From Adineta vaga (Eukaryota > Animalia > Rotifera): 64,000 nucleotides of DNA. The stretch spans positions 8,618,001 through 8,682,000 of the forward strand of contig CP075492.1 of NCBI GenBank assembly GCA_021613535.1. The letters run 5' to 3'. Shown in pieces: positions 12,001 to 25,300 of the stretch; the stretch's first letter is position 1, and each line of letters begins with the position of its first letter. The position numbers were made by a program, and so were the translations under genes. The notes under the pieces are model-generated. The model was not told where the DNA came from. It saw only the letters and a program-made list of their open reading frames with translations, and did no database searches.

Positions 12001-14944
12001 AGTCCACGATTAAATGGCAACCAAAGATCAAAATATAAACTTGATAATGTCGAATTGAATACAACAAGATAAACATGTATTAATGCATCATGTTTGAAAT
12101 TTTGTTTAAAAATCGATGAAGATTTATTCATAGGATTGATGGAAAAAATAAATGTCAAAGAGAAATCTAGTAGACAAAGAAAAACGAAATATTTCATATA
12201 AATAATCTCATTTCGTCGATAATTACCTATTGAACATTTTGTTAAGTCCCACATACAATTTTCTCGTTGAATATCCATTGGTAAGAAAGTAACAAGACCA
12301 TTTTGATTTACATTTATTCCAATATCTAAACAATTAGAATTAAATCAAATCTAATTACTTTCAACGAAAAGTTCATTACAACCTTTTTTCATAACATTAA
12401 ATATATATGGAGAAGTTCCATATGAAAATGTTGATGCATCACTTTTTGAAATATATTCAACTGAAGTAAAATCAATTTCATATTGAATAAGATTTTTGTC
12501 TAAATATTAAAAACAGAAAAAATCTCTAACATTGTTTCATTTATTATTCATTTCAAGCGTAATCAATTTAATTCGTCAAACGAATGATCATTTCCTTAGT
12601 AATTGAATATGTACCCTCAAGCATTCTTTGTCGTCTTATTTCCATGAAGTAAAAGATCTATTAAGATTACAACATAGTTTTGCTCTTTCTAATTTCATCA
12701 CATCAAATATATTCACACTATAAAGTAGACAAGAAGTATCCTAGTCGACTTTATTCTAAGTGACCATTGTCGATTTCAATAAAAATGTAAAATATAGAGT
12801 TCCGCTCTTCGAGTGCATAAAGACATCCGGATGATTTTGTTTGATGAATTGATCGATCAAAGAATCTTATCTTTTCTTTTTCCGAAAATAATTCGATAGA
12901 AGTTAGAAGTATCGCAAACTGCTCATTTTTTAACAGACAGGAAACAGAAACAAAAACAAGTTTGTTCATGTCAATTGTAAAACAGATTGTCTTGGTTAAT
13001 ATCAGCTACATCGATGATTAATTGAACAAGTATAGACGTATGTGCATTCATTTTAAGTTTTCATTCAATCATTCTAAAGCTTCCTTGTCTATATCCATCA
13101 TATACTAACAAGACTATATGACCCATCAAACTATTTACTTGATCAGTTGATTTAAAAAGAAATGCACTAGTGTTTCTTTCATTGTCTACCTTTGTCTTTC
13201 GATTGAAGATATAAAGAGAGTGAAAACAGTTTAACTTTGTTGCTCCTCTATACTATACAGGTTGAGTGAAGGAAGACGACACACTCGAGAGTCAATCTGT
13301 TCAGTGTTCACACACACACGTATACAAACACATACATATATATACAAAGTGTTCATTATTTTTTTTGTCTCGATCGAACGCTTGTATAGAAAATGTGGAC
13401 ACTCTAATCATAGAGTGTACAAAAGAAAAGGACAAAAAATTGACAACGTAGGTGTGCATAGATGTATGCTTCATCACACATTGGCAGGCGATCATTCTTA
13501 TTATCTTTTCTTAGTCTTGATACATGGATACACGCGAGCAAGTTCAATTGTTCTTTTAAAGTGACATATAGACGAATAGCATATCAAAACAATTAACATC
13601 TACTCGGAAGATCAAAGACTGGTACTATTACAATACTCGTAATAATTATGATTAGCAAGAGGAAATTACTTTACGCATTACTATAACAGATGAAATATGG
13701 ATTTTTTTTTCTTATAGATAGTATACATATATAAACGACTAGAGTAGACAACAACAATAACAATAAAAAAGTTAGTAGTATGATCAACGCGTGTGTATAT
13801 ATATGTTTGCCGTTTAATCTGGTAGACATAACGTAAACATATACAACTGACTGACGGACTGGTTGACTGACTGAACAAGCAGCGTTTCATTAGGATATGC
13901 CTATAGCAGCCTTCCAAACGGTTGATTGCATGCTTTGTTCTGTCTGGTGTTGTCTATGTGTATATATGTATACATCAATTGAAACATGGAATAAGATATA
14001 TGACGCAAAGAGAATTGAAGATGTTGAAAAGATTATCGCCTGACTTCTCAACCTATCATGTATAATGTTCATCAATATGAACAAAAAGAAAAAGATAAGA
14101 TCCATGACAGTTTATGCCTTTAAGGTTACTGTTCACAGTACGAGATTAGATATATATTGTTAATATGTTTTCTTTTACAACATGATGACTTACTCATTAT
14201 AGTCATAATACTACATGTTTTATTGCTACAATCACATTGATATCGTGGTTCTTCATCGACATTTAAACATTCACATGATGAACTTGAACATAATGATATC
14301 TGTTGTTCACATACTTCAGATTGAAAATTGCTTGATAATGATGAAAAAAGTGGATTTTGAATACGTTCAGGACATCCACATAAACCATAACGAAGATTAC
14401 GTACAAAACCTTGAAAGGATGGAAATAAAAATTCACTTGTATGACGTTGTTTCTTATATAAATTCATTGGTAAACCGCCAATATAAACCATTGAACTTGT
14501 ATTTAGTGATGTAAATGGTAAATAATTCAAACTTTTCGATTTAATAATGCGATTTTCAACATTTCGCAATGCAACAGAATAGAGAACAAGTTCTGTAATT
14601 AACGAAGATCGTCGTTTAAAAACGATTTTATACCATTTATCATCATTAATTGAATGATCAAATTGTTGATAAGCTTTGTTATTTCCAAATTTTTGTTCAA
14701 CTAATAATTTTCCTTGATAAATCGAAACAATAATTGAATCCGAATAAAAATTATCATTTGTATAAAAAATTAAACCATTTCTTGTTTTCGTACGAAATTC
14801 AAATGAGAATGAGCCATTATTACACAAATATAAACGTGGATAAATAACAAATATTGAATTTTTATTGTTATTAATTTCATTTGAATGAAAATGAACTGAA
14901 TGTACATATGGAATAATGAACAATAGAATATACCATATACACAT
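94..14944 (-). CDS. Secreted/cell-surface protein with six laminin-G (LNS) domains followed by at least six tandem EGF repeats (neurexin/crumbs/eyes-shut-like building blocks); long isoform, 3' end lies off the window
   Basis: Exons joined in frame at GT-AG sites: 14944-14194, 12499-12383, 12325-12227, 12166-11774, 11711-11643, 9242-9013, 8942-8811, 8751-8617, 7715-6482, 5761-4950, 4885-4769, 4709-4590, 4515-4398, then EGF exons 2526-2404, 2231-2118, 941-831, 632-405, 222-94. Signal peptide MCIWYILLFIIPYVHS. LamG hallmarks: FSFEFRTKTRNGLIFY, INDDKWY, INDGKWH, VNDGREH, INDGKQH, YIGG..FQGFVRNL, FIGCLENV, FVGCIRNV, FVGCFANV. The junctions 11643->9242 and 4398->2526 are inferred from phase compatibility and the absence of a stop. 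Confidence 0.72.
2638..2764 (-). CDS. Signal-peptide first exon of a short EGF-only isoform (or of a separate EGF-repeat gene)
   Basis: ATG at 2764 encodes MKILISLLSIIILIEAAPPPPPAPSPQYEGQAVGAMPCYLGC. It ends at a phase-1 donor T|GTAAGT that is in frame with EGF exon 2526-2404. Confidence 0.8.
9466..9628 (-). CDS. Signal-peptide first exon of an intermediate isoform starting at LamG domain 2
   Basis: ATG at 9628 encodes MSFTKQFPFLVILFSLQIYPCQQQ...NEIFTT. It ends at a phase-1 donor G|GTAAGA that is in frame with exon 9242-9013. Confidence 0.7.
10211..10274. repeat. Compound (TG)n/(TATG)n/(TA)n microsatellite
   Basis: Directly visible. Similar (TA)n, (GAA)n, (CAT)n and (GA)n tracts occur at about 1495, 4295, 11390, 15010, 28470 and 59580. 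Confidence 0.9.
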
Positions 14945-16972
14945 TGTCGGTCTACAATACAATGTAAAAAAGAGTAAATGAGTCTAGAAGATGCATATGA
15001 CTTCAACAAAGAAGAAGAAGAAGAAGAAGAAGAAAGAAATGAATTCTTCGGTCGCGTTCTGCTAATTGTTCAATAGTTTTTCTTTTTCATTATATTGAAT
15101 ATTTGATTCTATAACGACGAATGACAAACTTTCTTTTATAATAAAGCCGACATCGACCTATATGAGGTATACTCGCCGGGATACTGATGTAAAGGAAGAA
15201 AACTGAATAATGTCCAGTATAGAGAAACCCTGGTGAGTCGAGTAGAATAAAGGAGAGAAAAAAGAAAACAATAAGGAACATTTACGTAAATCACCAGTCA
15301 TATCTATCTGTACCCTATTATGACTTGGAAGATCAAGGTAAAAAATCAATGGGGTCTTCTGAACTTCTCCATTCTACTTATTCCTGGACAAATGAGAAGA
15401 GAAAGAGAATCTTTTTTCTTCTCTTATATGTGCAATGATCGAATAAATACGTTCACTCACTCAGTTTCATGTATACATGTATGTGTTTGTCTCTTCTTCT
15501 ATTCTCTTTTCTTCTAGTTATTCTCCTTCTTTTTGCTGTTCAACAATATCCAATAATGCAAGACAAAGAGAAGCGAGAACACACGATATACTTATGTGCA
15601 TAAAAATAGGCCACCGTCGTCGTCTACGGCCATAGTTAATTATTTTGATGAGAACGAGAAAGGACTCAAACGTTGACTGACCATCTCCCTCTCTTCTTCT
15701 TCTTCTTCTTCTTTTTTTTCTCTATCGGCCACTTTTGAACGGTGTTAGAACAACTCAACAACTGTTCATCATTGTTTTATCCTTAGTTGTTGTCTATCAT
15801 TATCATCATTCTCTTCGATAAATAACGCTAAATTTAGAACATATATACACATATACATATCATTAGCCAACTTCTTTTTTTTGTCATCTATACCTATTTA
15901 AATTATGAAGATGATATGTGAAAAAGAGAAAAAAAACATATTTTACTACTAGATGATAGACAAAGATGATGATGATGATGATGATGCATGAAGATTTCAA
16001 AAATAGCTTTGTCTCATTGATCGAAATAAAATGAGTAATTTATCATATGATAAATACCAACTGGTAGATTTAACTGTATTTGATGAAATGTTTTAGAGAT
16101 GAGGGTTGTTTTTTTCTAATCAATGAATTATAATTCTTGCTTCGTTGTCAATAAACAATTATTGATCAAATGGCAGACTGACATGTAGTAATTTGATCTT
16201 GAGAAGATTTACTTGTATGAAAATTTCTTCGGAATTCTGTTAATAGGATATCACATCATTTTATTCAAATAGAAAAATTTAAGCAAAGTATATTAATTGA
16301 AAAAAATCACGATCTATTTGAAGACAATTATATTAGCATCAGGAGATCTCAATGAAACTTTAGAAAGTGAATAAATAATGTCATATGATGACACCTCAAT
16401 TTGTCTACGAAATGATACTTGAATATTCCACGTCACTAGTCATGAAGTATTTCGAATAGAAAGAAGTGATGAACTTTCGTGTTTCTTTGGTAACTGATTA
16501 TATATTGTTTCTATTTTTAACTTGAATTATGATCAAAATAGGCTTGAGATCGTAGCTGCAAGGTAAATGTTGTTACCACCGGAAATAGAAGTTGTAGGTG
16601 TAAATATTTCCTAGTTTATATCAATGAAAGCAAATGTTAGAAGAGACCTTTATGAAATATGACATTTATTGATCGAATAAATCAGAAAAAAACGGATATT
16701 GAAGGATTTTCTAAGCTTTGAGCTCGTTCACAATCAAGGTCATAGATCGAACAACGGAGATTGAATTGATTATATTTATATATACGTTTGCCTATGTTGA
16801 TTGTTTAACTTGTTTTTCTTTCCAGGTAAATAAAAAATATTGAACATCTCTATCTGATTCATTGACAATAAACAACAATATAAATTGTTCAATAATAAAA
16901 AATAGAAATGTTCTTTTTTTTTAAAAATCAAAATCCAATTGTACATGAAGACTTTAGTATAAGATATAAACA

Positions 16973-17299
16973 TCATAAAATTACACAGGATTTGGATTTT
17001 TGATTTGTCTGATGTGTTTGTGAAGATTTATAACCATTCATATCAGATCTTTGTTCTTGATGATATCGAGCACTTGTATGAGAACCCACACGTTGTCTTG
17101 TATCATTTTCATTATTATGAATTTGATTACCAGTTTTTGATAATCGACGTGGATTATCATCCATACGAAATGTTTCAGGAACATCAGCACCTAAAAATCG
17201 ATCACGATGTGGTGTATCATGTTCACAATGGAAGACATTCTTTCGTTGACATATTGCACAACGAAAATCTGTTCGCATTTGTTGATAATGCGTACTCAT
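16973..17299 (-). CDS. Small 108-aa protein with an N-terminal CxxC...CxH motif and a C-terminal CAAX box (KSKSCVIL)
   Basis: Single coding exon directly preceded by an acceptor (tctatag|ATG), with a candidate 5'UTR donor near 17535. Motif CAICQRKNVFHCEH; basic residues followed by CVIL-stop. Confidence 0.75.
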   Translation of the reverse strand: MSTHYQQMRTDFRCAICQRKNVFHCEHDTPHRDRFLGADVPETFRMDDNPRRLSKTGNQIHNNENDTRQRVGSHTSARYHQEQRSDMNGYKSSQTHQTNQKSKSCVIL

Positions 17300-17762
17300 C
17301 TATAGAGAAATTGATAAATCTTAAAAGAAAACATACAATAATTATTCATTTAAAAGATCAATCGAAATGAAAAGGTTCCATGATTTAAATTCTAATTTAT
17401 AGGTGTGAGAAAATTACAGGTAGGAAATTGAGAATATAAAATATATTCAAACATACTGCAGACAACTCGTTGATTTTCATATGTGAGTGTGTGTGTGTGT
17501 GTGGACATACACGTTTATGCTCGTATATTTCTTACCTTTATAATAAAGAATGGTAACGAAAAAAAAAACAGACTAGAAGTGATTTTTAATGATGAACAAA
17601 CGTTATAGCATTTCTTTGACACTCTCTGATTTCTTTTTTCTTCTTCTTCTATAATACGGCATAGATGTATTTAAAAGATGAAGATATATAACAGAGGTTT
17701 CTTTTTTTCTTCTCGCTTCTTTTTTTTACACTTACATACACACGATCGAAAGAAGAAAAATT

Positions 17763-17776
17763 GTTACCTAGACAAC
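17763..17776. promoter_or_regulatory. Candidate RFX X-box
   Basis: GTTACCTAGACAAC fits the X-box pattern GTNNYY-NN-RRNAAC and lies upstream of the CAAX gene. Confidence 0.5.
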
Positions 17777-19055
17777 CGATCAGCAGTATATATATACAGA
17801 GAAAGAATGAAAAATCAATCGAGTATTAAAGATATTATATGCAATTAAATGGAACATATTAAATATGAACGTCTTGTCTATGTTAAGATATAGAATGCGT
17901 CCTTTCTTTTTTCTTCATGTATATTTTTGAACATGTCTATTGCAGAAAAGTTTGAATTGTGCATTTTTTCTTTTATATATTTGCATATGTTTTATTAATC
18001 GGAGACCTAACGACCATCGAGTGTGGCTTCCGTTTTCTGTAATGTTGTTTAATTGTTCGAGTAAAGACATGTATTTGTTTTTATTGCACATGATTTGAGT
18101 AAATAAATACTAGTTTCGTCTGAATAACTTAGCTCATAAAATATACATTATTAGATTCATACCTTTGAAATTGACCTATTTTAGTCGTTTGTAACACAGA
18201 TTGATAACATCTTTAATTTAATAGACAAAAACGTCATTTATCACGATATATTATCATCAAATCTGTATGTGAATGGCTTCGTTCTATTGTTAAACTTTAT
18301 CAGAATGACCTTATGATTAAATTAAGTGTAACTGATTGTTCAATCAAGTATAACGTTATTCTTCCATCAATATCGATTTGTCATAGAGATTTTTAACAGT
18401 AATCTATTACTTTTCAATCTGATTATTTCGCTTATCAAATTTATCTTTGATCTTGGATTTGATAGGAACGTGCCTTACACGTGTGTGATGTTTAATCTGT
18501 TTGTTCATTTTAACAACATCCATATACGACGAATAATGCAACGTATTCTTCTTACGTTCATATCAATATTCAACAATATGATCATAGACTTCCGGTGAAT
18601 GTGTGTATTTATCACCTTTATCGAACTTAGCATAATCTTTCTTTCGTTGAATTCATTTTGAGTTCTGTTTTCTCTCTCTCTCTCTTCTGTTGTAATATAA
18701 ATCAAATGTCATTATCTGTAAGTGTCTCTTCGATGGAAGTACAATCATTAGAAACAAGAAAATGTATTATCCGTCAAATAGCTCAATGTCTTCACAGATC
18801 AGCGATGAAATTGATGAAAAACAATTGAAATTATCATTTTTGACATCTATCAAACGGCGTTGTGGTTCAATATTTGATTTAATTATCTATTTCATTACTG
18901 TCTTGTTCTAATTTCTTTTCCTTTTTTTTAATATAATACATATAAAGACAAAAAAAAAGAAAGAAATTATAATAAACAACAGCAATATAATTTAAATAAG
19001 TTTTAATATATTTCTTTATTTCTCTTTCTTTATATATATATATAGATATTAGACA

Positions 19056-20029
19056 TTACCTCACCGCTTGTGGCATTTTATCATTGAGTAGAAGTCTTAA
19101 TTCATGTTGTGCACGACGCCAATCTTTTTCCGGTTCAAAATCATCAAGTTCAATAATATCGGTTTGTAAACGATCACAATCCGTAATCATTACCGTAGGC
19201 AATGGTGTTGTTTTCAATGATACTAATGGAATACTCGATGATGTCGAGGCACTACTTGACGATAGATAGGTGGCATTAGTAATCTGACTAAATGTTGTTG
19301 TTGTTGATGATTGAGATGACTGTCGTTTTAAATTAACGAAACGATTTGTTCGTGTTTTTCCAACAGATGGTTCATTGACTGGTACAATTATCGATGGTGT
19401 TGGAGTATTTAAATCTGCTGTTGATGATGCAAGTGTCGATTGTGAATAAGCAAAATTTCGACATGCTGGATAATAAAGTAAAGATGCACGCCACCACTTG
19501 CCGATGAAGCTAAAGTTGATCGACTAAATGCTAAATTCGATATTCCAGCTGTAATCGGTAATGATAATTCAAATTCTTCTTCAGGTATTCGTTCACATGG
19601 CGCAGCAAAATGTCGATGTTCATGCGCAGTTCGTGATCGTTCGGAAAGGAATGATACTGAAGTAAAAACACTTGCTTGATCATCATCGTCATCATCTTCG
19701 TCATTATCAGAATTCGTATCACGTCTTAAAGTTGTCTGCATAGGTGCTAATAGAGATGATGGTGGTAACGATCGATTATAGCGACATAGTTTTAGGCTCG
19801 TTTTCTTTTTTAAACGACGAAATGTTTGAATCGATGCAAAAATAAGTCCCATTATTAACCAAAGAAAACATATGGAACCAAATAGAATTAGAAGACGTTT
19901 GAACATACTTGTATAATATGATGAGTCATAGATATGTTCAGTAGATGAGAATGATAATAGAGTAGCATTTGTCGACATTGTCATAATACTTGTTGTAGAT
20001 GAAATAATTAACATTTTATATATGAACAT
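19056..20029 (-). CDS. Single-pass (type III-like) membrane protein with a Ser/Thr-rich cytoplasmic tail; apparent 1-nt frameshift near 19490
   Basis: TM segment LLILFGSICFLWLIMGLIFASI followed by RRLKKK. Protein-like sequence continues in a shifted frame (RASLLYYPACRNFAYSQSTLASS...LLNDKMPQAVR*) to 19056. Confidence 0.65.
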
Positions 20030-22361
20030 GTTTAATTCTATGAGTAGAAAACATTGAGAAGCAAGAGTTTGCTTTTTCTACAACCAATATGATGAATGTT
20101 GGCCACAGGAGATCGATCCGTTTACTTAAAAGAACGACAGTAGATCGAACGATCGGAGGCGAGAACAACAGAGGAAAGAGAGTGAGAGGGAGAGAGAGAA
20201 AGAGAAATATTATAATTGCTTCTAGCTTTGTCTCTACCTCCTACCGAAACTCAACAACCGATGGAAAACTAGTAGTTCATGTTTTATTTATTTTCGATCT
20301 AATATGATTCTATGTTATTCAGTAAAGAATACTCTCACACTATATCGACATCGATCATCTCTATGAACACGAAAGACAAAAGAGAGCAAGAAATAGGCAC
20401 AGAGGAAACAAAATAGAATGTGAATGAAGAGTTCGAATCAAGTGAACTAGCGTTGTTAGAAAAAGTACTATTATGTGTTAGAAAGAGACGGATTTCAGAT
20501 AGAATTAAGATTCATTAGCTTTTATCTTTCTCTTATTTGATGCTGATAGAATAGATCAATATCTCTGCGATATTGATTGACAAATTACCATTTTTTTTTG
20601 TGTTTGTCCTGTCGCTAGATACACTGAGAAAAGGCTGTCTAGTGTTCTTAGTTTCTCTTGTGTTTTTTTTCGCCACATCGTCTTTTCTTTCTATTTTTTT
20701 TTGGTTTTTATCCTATTTCAGTTGTTGCTCTAGACGCGAATGAGGGTGAAGAAACGGAAGGGAAAACTTTGTGCGTAGACGTACACATTCAACAAGATGA
20801 CGTGCGTATAATCATCTGTCCAACATCATTGTCCTCAATACATTCATAGATACATACTGAACTTGTTTCTTGATTTAAGCCGATCAGAAGAAACTAATGT
20901 AGTTAATTGAAAAAGGGCATAGAGTTAAAAGGATTCCATATTGGCACCTGCTCATCTATCAATGTCATAGTCTTGAAATATAAGCCATTCAATGTCAATG
21001 AATTCATTTGTTTCGATATGTGCATTAGAGCAGATGGAATAACTTTCTTTTATCGTTTCTCTAATTATATTCCAGTTACTATTTGTTTATATACATGCGT
21101 ATATATACATTAGTTCTGAGAATAGTAACAGGTGAGGGACAAAAAAAGTCATGTTTAGAAATAAAATTAGCTGATGTCGAGTTTTGTGATTCGACAAATA
21201 ATGATGTGTTTTTTGTCTTCTTGTCCTATTATCTTTTCTCGCTTGTCGATCGAACTAATATAACAAAAGTCTCAAAGGACAATGATGTTACTATCTACTC
21301 TTAAAATAGTGCTTGTTGACGAACTGGCCTGGCCAAGATATGTGTTGATAATGAGAAGGCGGAAGCGTCAAGAGAGAAATGCAAAGAACATAAGCTCAAG
21401 GTTGTTAAGTTTGGAAGATTAATGTCATTCAACATCGACTTAACAGATGAAGAGTAGAAATGTTATGAGAAAAAGGGATATTAAAAAAAATCCACCGTAA
21501 AATTATACTGATGAAAATGTGTCAGATAACAATACGAATGAAAAATCGTATTTCATGTCATTTTTCTTTCTATAGAGATAGACAGAGTTCTATACGAATA
21601 AAATGATGAATGATAATTGGATTCCTACTTCCTTTTTGTTTCAGTAACAATCTATACGAGGTGATTGAGTATCAATTAATATGAAACTTCCGCCTGTTTG
21701 CCATTTTGTTTGTTCAGGTGATAAGTAGAAAAACAGATAAATAAATAGAAATGTTATAATAGATTCTCATTTCAAGCGTTTCTTTTCGTCTCATTATTTG
21801 TTGCCAAAAAAACATCGAGTTTTTACTCAATAGGATAATCAGTCTCTTAGTAAATCATACATTACAAACAAATATTGATTCTGACGAAAAAAATATAGTA
21901 AAGCAAACAATTTCCGTAGTATTTATCTTAATAGTTAGATGAAATATTCGCTTCGATTATTATTATTATTATTATTCATATGCTGATGACAAATGATTAG
22001 CTCTATTTATCTCACTTGAAATTACTACAAGAAGAAAAACACATTTCTTTTGAATAAGATACAGAGCAACTGTGAATTAAAAGATGAAAGATTATATTTA
22101 AATTTGTATTTTAGTTCGATTTGTCAGAAGCTGTGGACGTTATGGTATTTATATCTTGCAAAGAAATCAATTGGTATCGTATTCATGAAATCTTCATATA
22201 TCAATTTCATGATATTATCCAGCTGTTGTTTAGATATTGTCTTTCTCTTTTCACTTACGAATTCTATCAAGTGTCTCTTCTTTGTGTCGTTGATATGGTT
22301 CTTGTCGAACTTGATATAAATCAAATTGGCAAAATCATTAAATACACATTTATTTATTTTC

Positions 22362-25300
22362 TCATCTGGCCAGAAAACAGAGAGAGTACAAAAGAAAAAA
22401 CGAAAAAAAAGAAGAAGAAGAAGAGGGAAAGAAAACAAGCATAATCCATAAATAAATTGTAACTAAAAATATTTTTCTTACATGCATACGTACCAATCAT
22501 GTCGAGAAGAGAGAGAGAGATAGAAAGAAAACACACACATACATAAATACATACAAAGAATGTAATCTCGGCAAGCCAATTGGGACCAAGAAAGAGAGAA
22601 AGAAGTCAAGATCTAAATAGTTCAATTAAATTCATATGAAAAGAAATAAATATAGATCATACCTGAAATTAGTTTTAAATGAATTGAATGAATCATTTGT
22701 TTCTGTTGAAGTTCTTCGTTTTGATGATTGTTGGACAATCGTATAATTATTCATTAGAGAATTAGCAGAAAATAATTTATACCAATCTAATACTTGAGCT
22801 CCAGTACTTAAACGAAGTTCTTCAAGATTTATTTGACAAACGCCCATAAAAACTTTTCGATCTAATTTTCCATAATCACCCCAAACACCAATCTGAAAAT
22901 GTCGAATATGTCATAGAAATATGAATAAAAACGAGCAAACTTTACCTGTAAAACTTTATCTCGATAATTTTCTTTAAAGATTAATGTTTGTTGTATCAAT
23001 GGATCTAATGTTCGACGTGTAGTTCGTGTACGTTGTTTTTCAACACAAGTTTTACCATCAAGTAAATACACTTTGACATAAGGTGCTAAAAATAAATTTG
23101 AACATAAACATTGATACAATCAATAATTCTACCTGGTGGCATTTTATATAGAGGTTTTTGCTGTAAATTTCGTGCTCGAACTATTTCGACTTCTAAGAGA
23201 CCATGTTGATCACGAAGACCAACTTGAATTTCACCGTGACATGGAGAAGCAAGAACTTGTCGACCAACTAACTGTCCAGTACCAAGACCTTCAATAAAGT
23301 CAGCAAATTGATGTTCATGTGGTAATTTAAGTGCACCGGACCATAATCTAAGAATAATAGGAAAAAATGCCTTTCTATAAATTGTTTTCTGATGTGAAAA
23401 GAAAGGTAAATAAGTAGAAAATACACATCTAGGAAATGCTTTTAGTTTACTAAAATCGATCATTTGTTTAGATATACATTATTTGTAACTGAGCCACTTC
23501 ATATGCATTAAATGAAGAATGCCTGAAGCTTTTCGGCATGATCTATGAAACATCAATTGCTTTTAGTGCGATAGAAAGTAATTCTGACAGTTAACATACG
23601 ATGAGCATCATATATAAATTAATATTAATACTAATTAACTTATTGTTGAAAAGAATTGTAGTAGAAGAAACGTTGTTTGAAAGAAAAACTCTTATAAGAT
23701 TTCATAATTATATAATACGGATTGAGAGAATGTGTTAATCACGAATAAATGAACAAAAGACTTTGTATTTATAATACTATTATTCTACTTAAGAATAATA
23801 AGAATATGTTTAAGATTATATGGGATGTGATTTTGTTTAAGAATAGGAGAAGTTCAATCGATCACTTCAGAACTCGAAGAGAAATTAAATTAACCGAGTC
23901 TGGGTCGGAAAGATATTCGATCACTCGTATTCGAGTCCGAGAAAAATTTAATCAACCAAATTCAAGTTCAAAAACTTTTCTCCTTCTCTTTTTCTTTGGA
24001 CAAAAGAAAATCTGCTCGATTTACTTCATATCATGTGGCATTGAATGATGTTGATCACGTTGATGAGTTAATGCTAATGGTGATTGTGTTAGATCTGTTG
24101 GTGGCGCACTTGAAGGTGTTTCATTTTCTTTACTCGTTTGTTTTTGTAATGTCCTACTACGTAAATGAGGTTGAACACCGATTTCTTCACTACGTTGAAA
24201 ACCAAATCTTTTTCCTAGAAAAATATCGTAAATCATATGAGAGTTTTTTTTATTATCAAGATATTATCTACCATAGCCAAGATTAGATGTACTATTTGTC
24301 TTTTTTGATAATCCAAGTATGACAAGTGCTTTTGATGACATTGATGGTCGACGTTTTTTATTTGATTCACCAGGTTGTGAAGTCAATACAGAGTCCGATA
24401 ATGTTCCATCATTACGTGGATCAGTTTTGGTTGTTACAGCTGTATTTATTAGTTTATCACCAGGAGTTATTGATGAAGTTATTGTATCATTTTTTCCTGT
24501 TACCATTGCTGCTGTTGCTGCTGTCGTTGTTGGTGCTGTTGCTGATGGCGGTGGATGCCTTACTGTATCATGTGTACTCATAGCAATTTGTCGAAGTTCT
24601 TCTTCGTTTAATTGGACTTCATCATCACGATGGAAATGATGATGCTCATGTAGACGAGGATGTGCCCTGTAAAGATGAAGATTGTTGGAAGTAAAAAAAT
24701 AGACAGAAAAGCAACGAGTTAGATCGTACCCTATTTTCCGAATATTTCGAGGTCGTTCGGATTGTGTTGATATCATACTAACTGAACTAATCTTAGAAAC
24801 AGTGGATAATTCTGATCCATCGGAATCTACATCATCACCGGGAGTCTCTGAAGGTTCTAGATAATGGAACGATAATAATTAATTTTAGCAGAAAAAAGAA
24901 ATATTTCTACCTCTTCTCTTGATATTTTTTCTATATTTTTCTTCGAATGATTTCAGTTTTGATTTTTCTAGATCAGCTCGATTTTGTCCAGCTGATGTTG
25001 TACGTCTCGTTAATACCGGATTAAGATAGGGTGTATTTGGTACACTTTTATCTCGAATAATTGGTATACGTGGTCGTGAAGATGACTTTTCTTTCAAACC
25101 GGAACTTGATATTATTGTGCTGGATGGAGTTTTTTGTGCTAGATTCGTCATTGATTCATATGGTTTGGTTACTAACGGTATTTGATGTAGATGTGGAGAA
25201 TCAATATCAATTGATTTACTGGTTTGAAATGATGAACGTTGTGTGGTTGTTGAAGGAAGTTGCATGGCTTCGTTATTAAATATTTGTATACGATCTTCAT

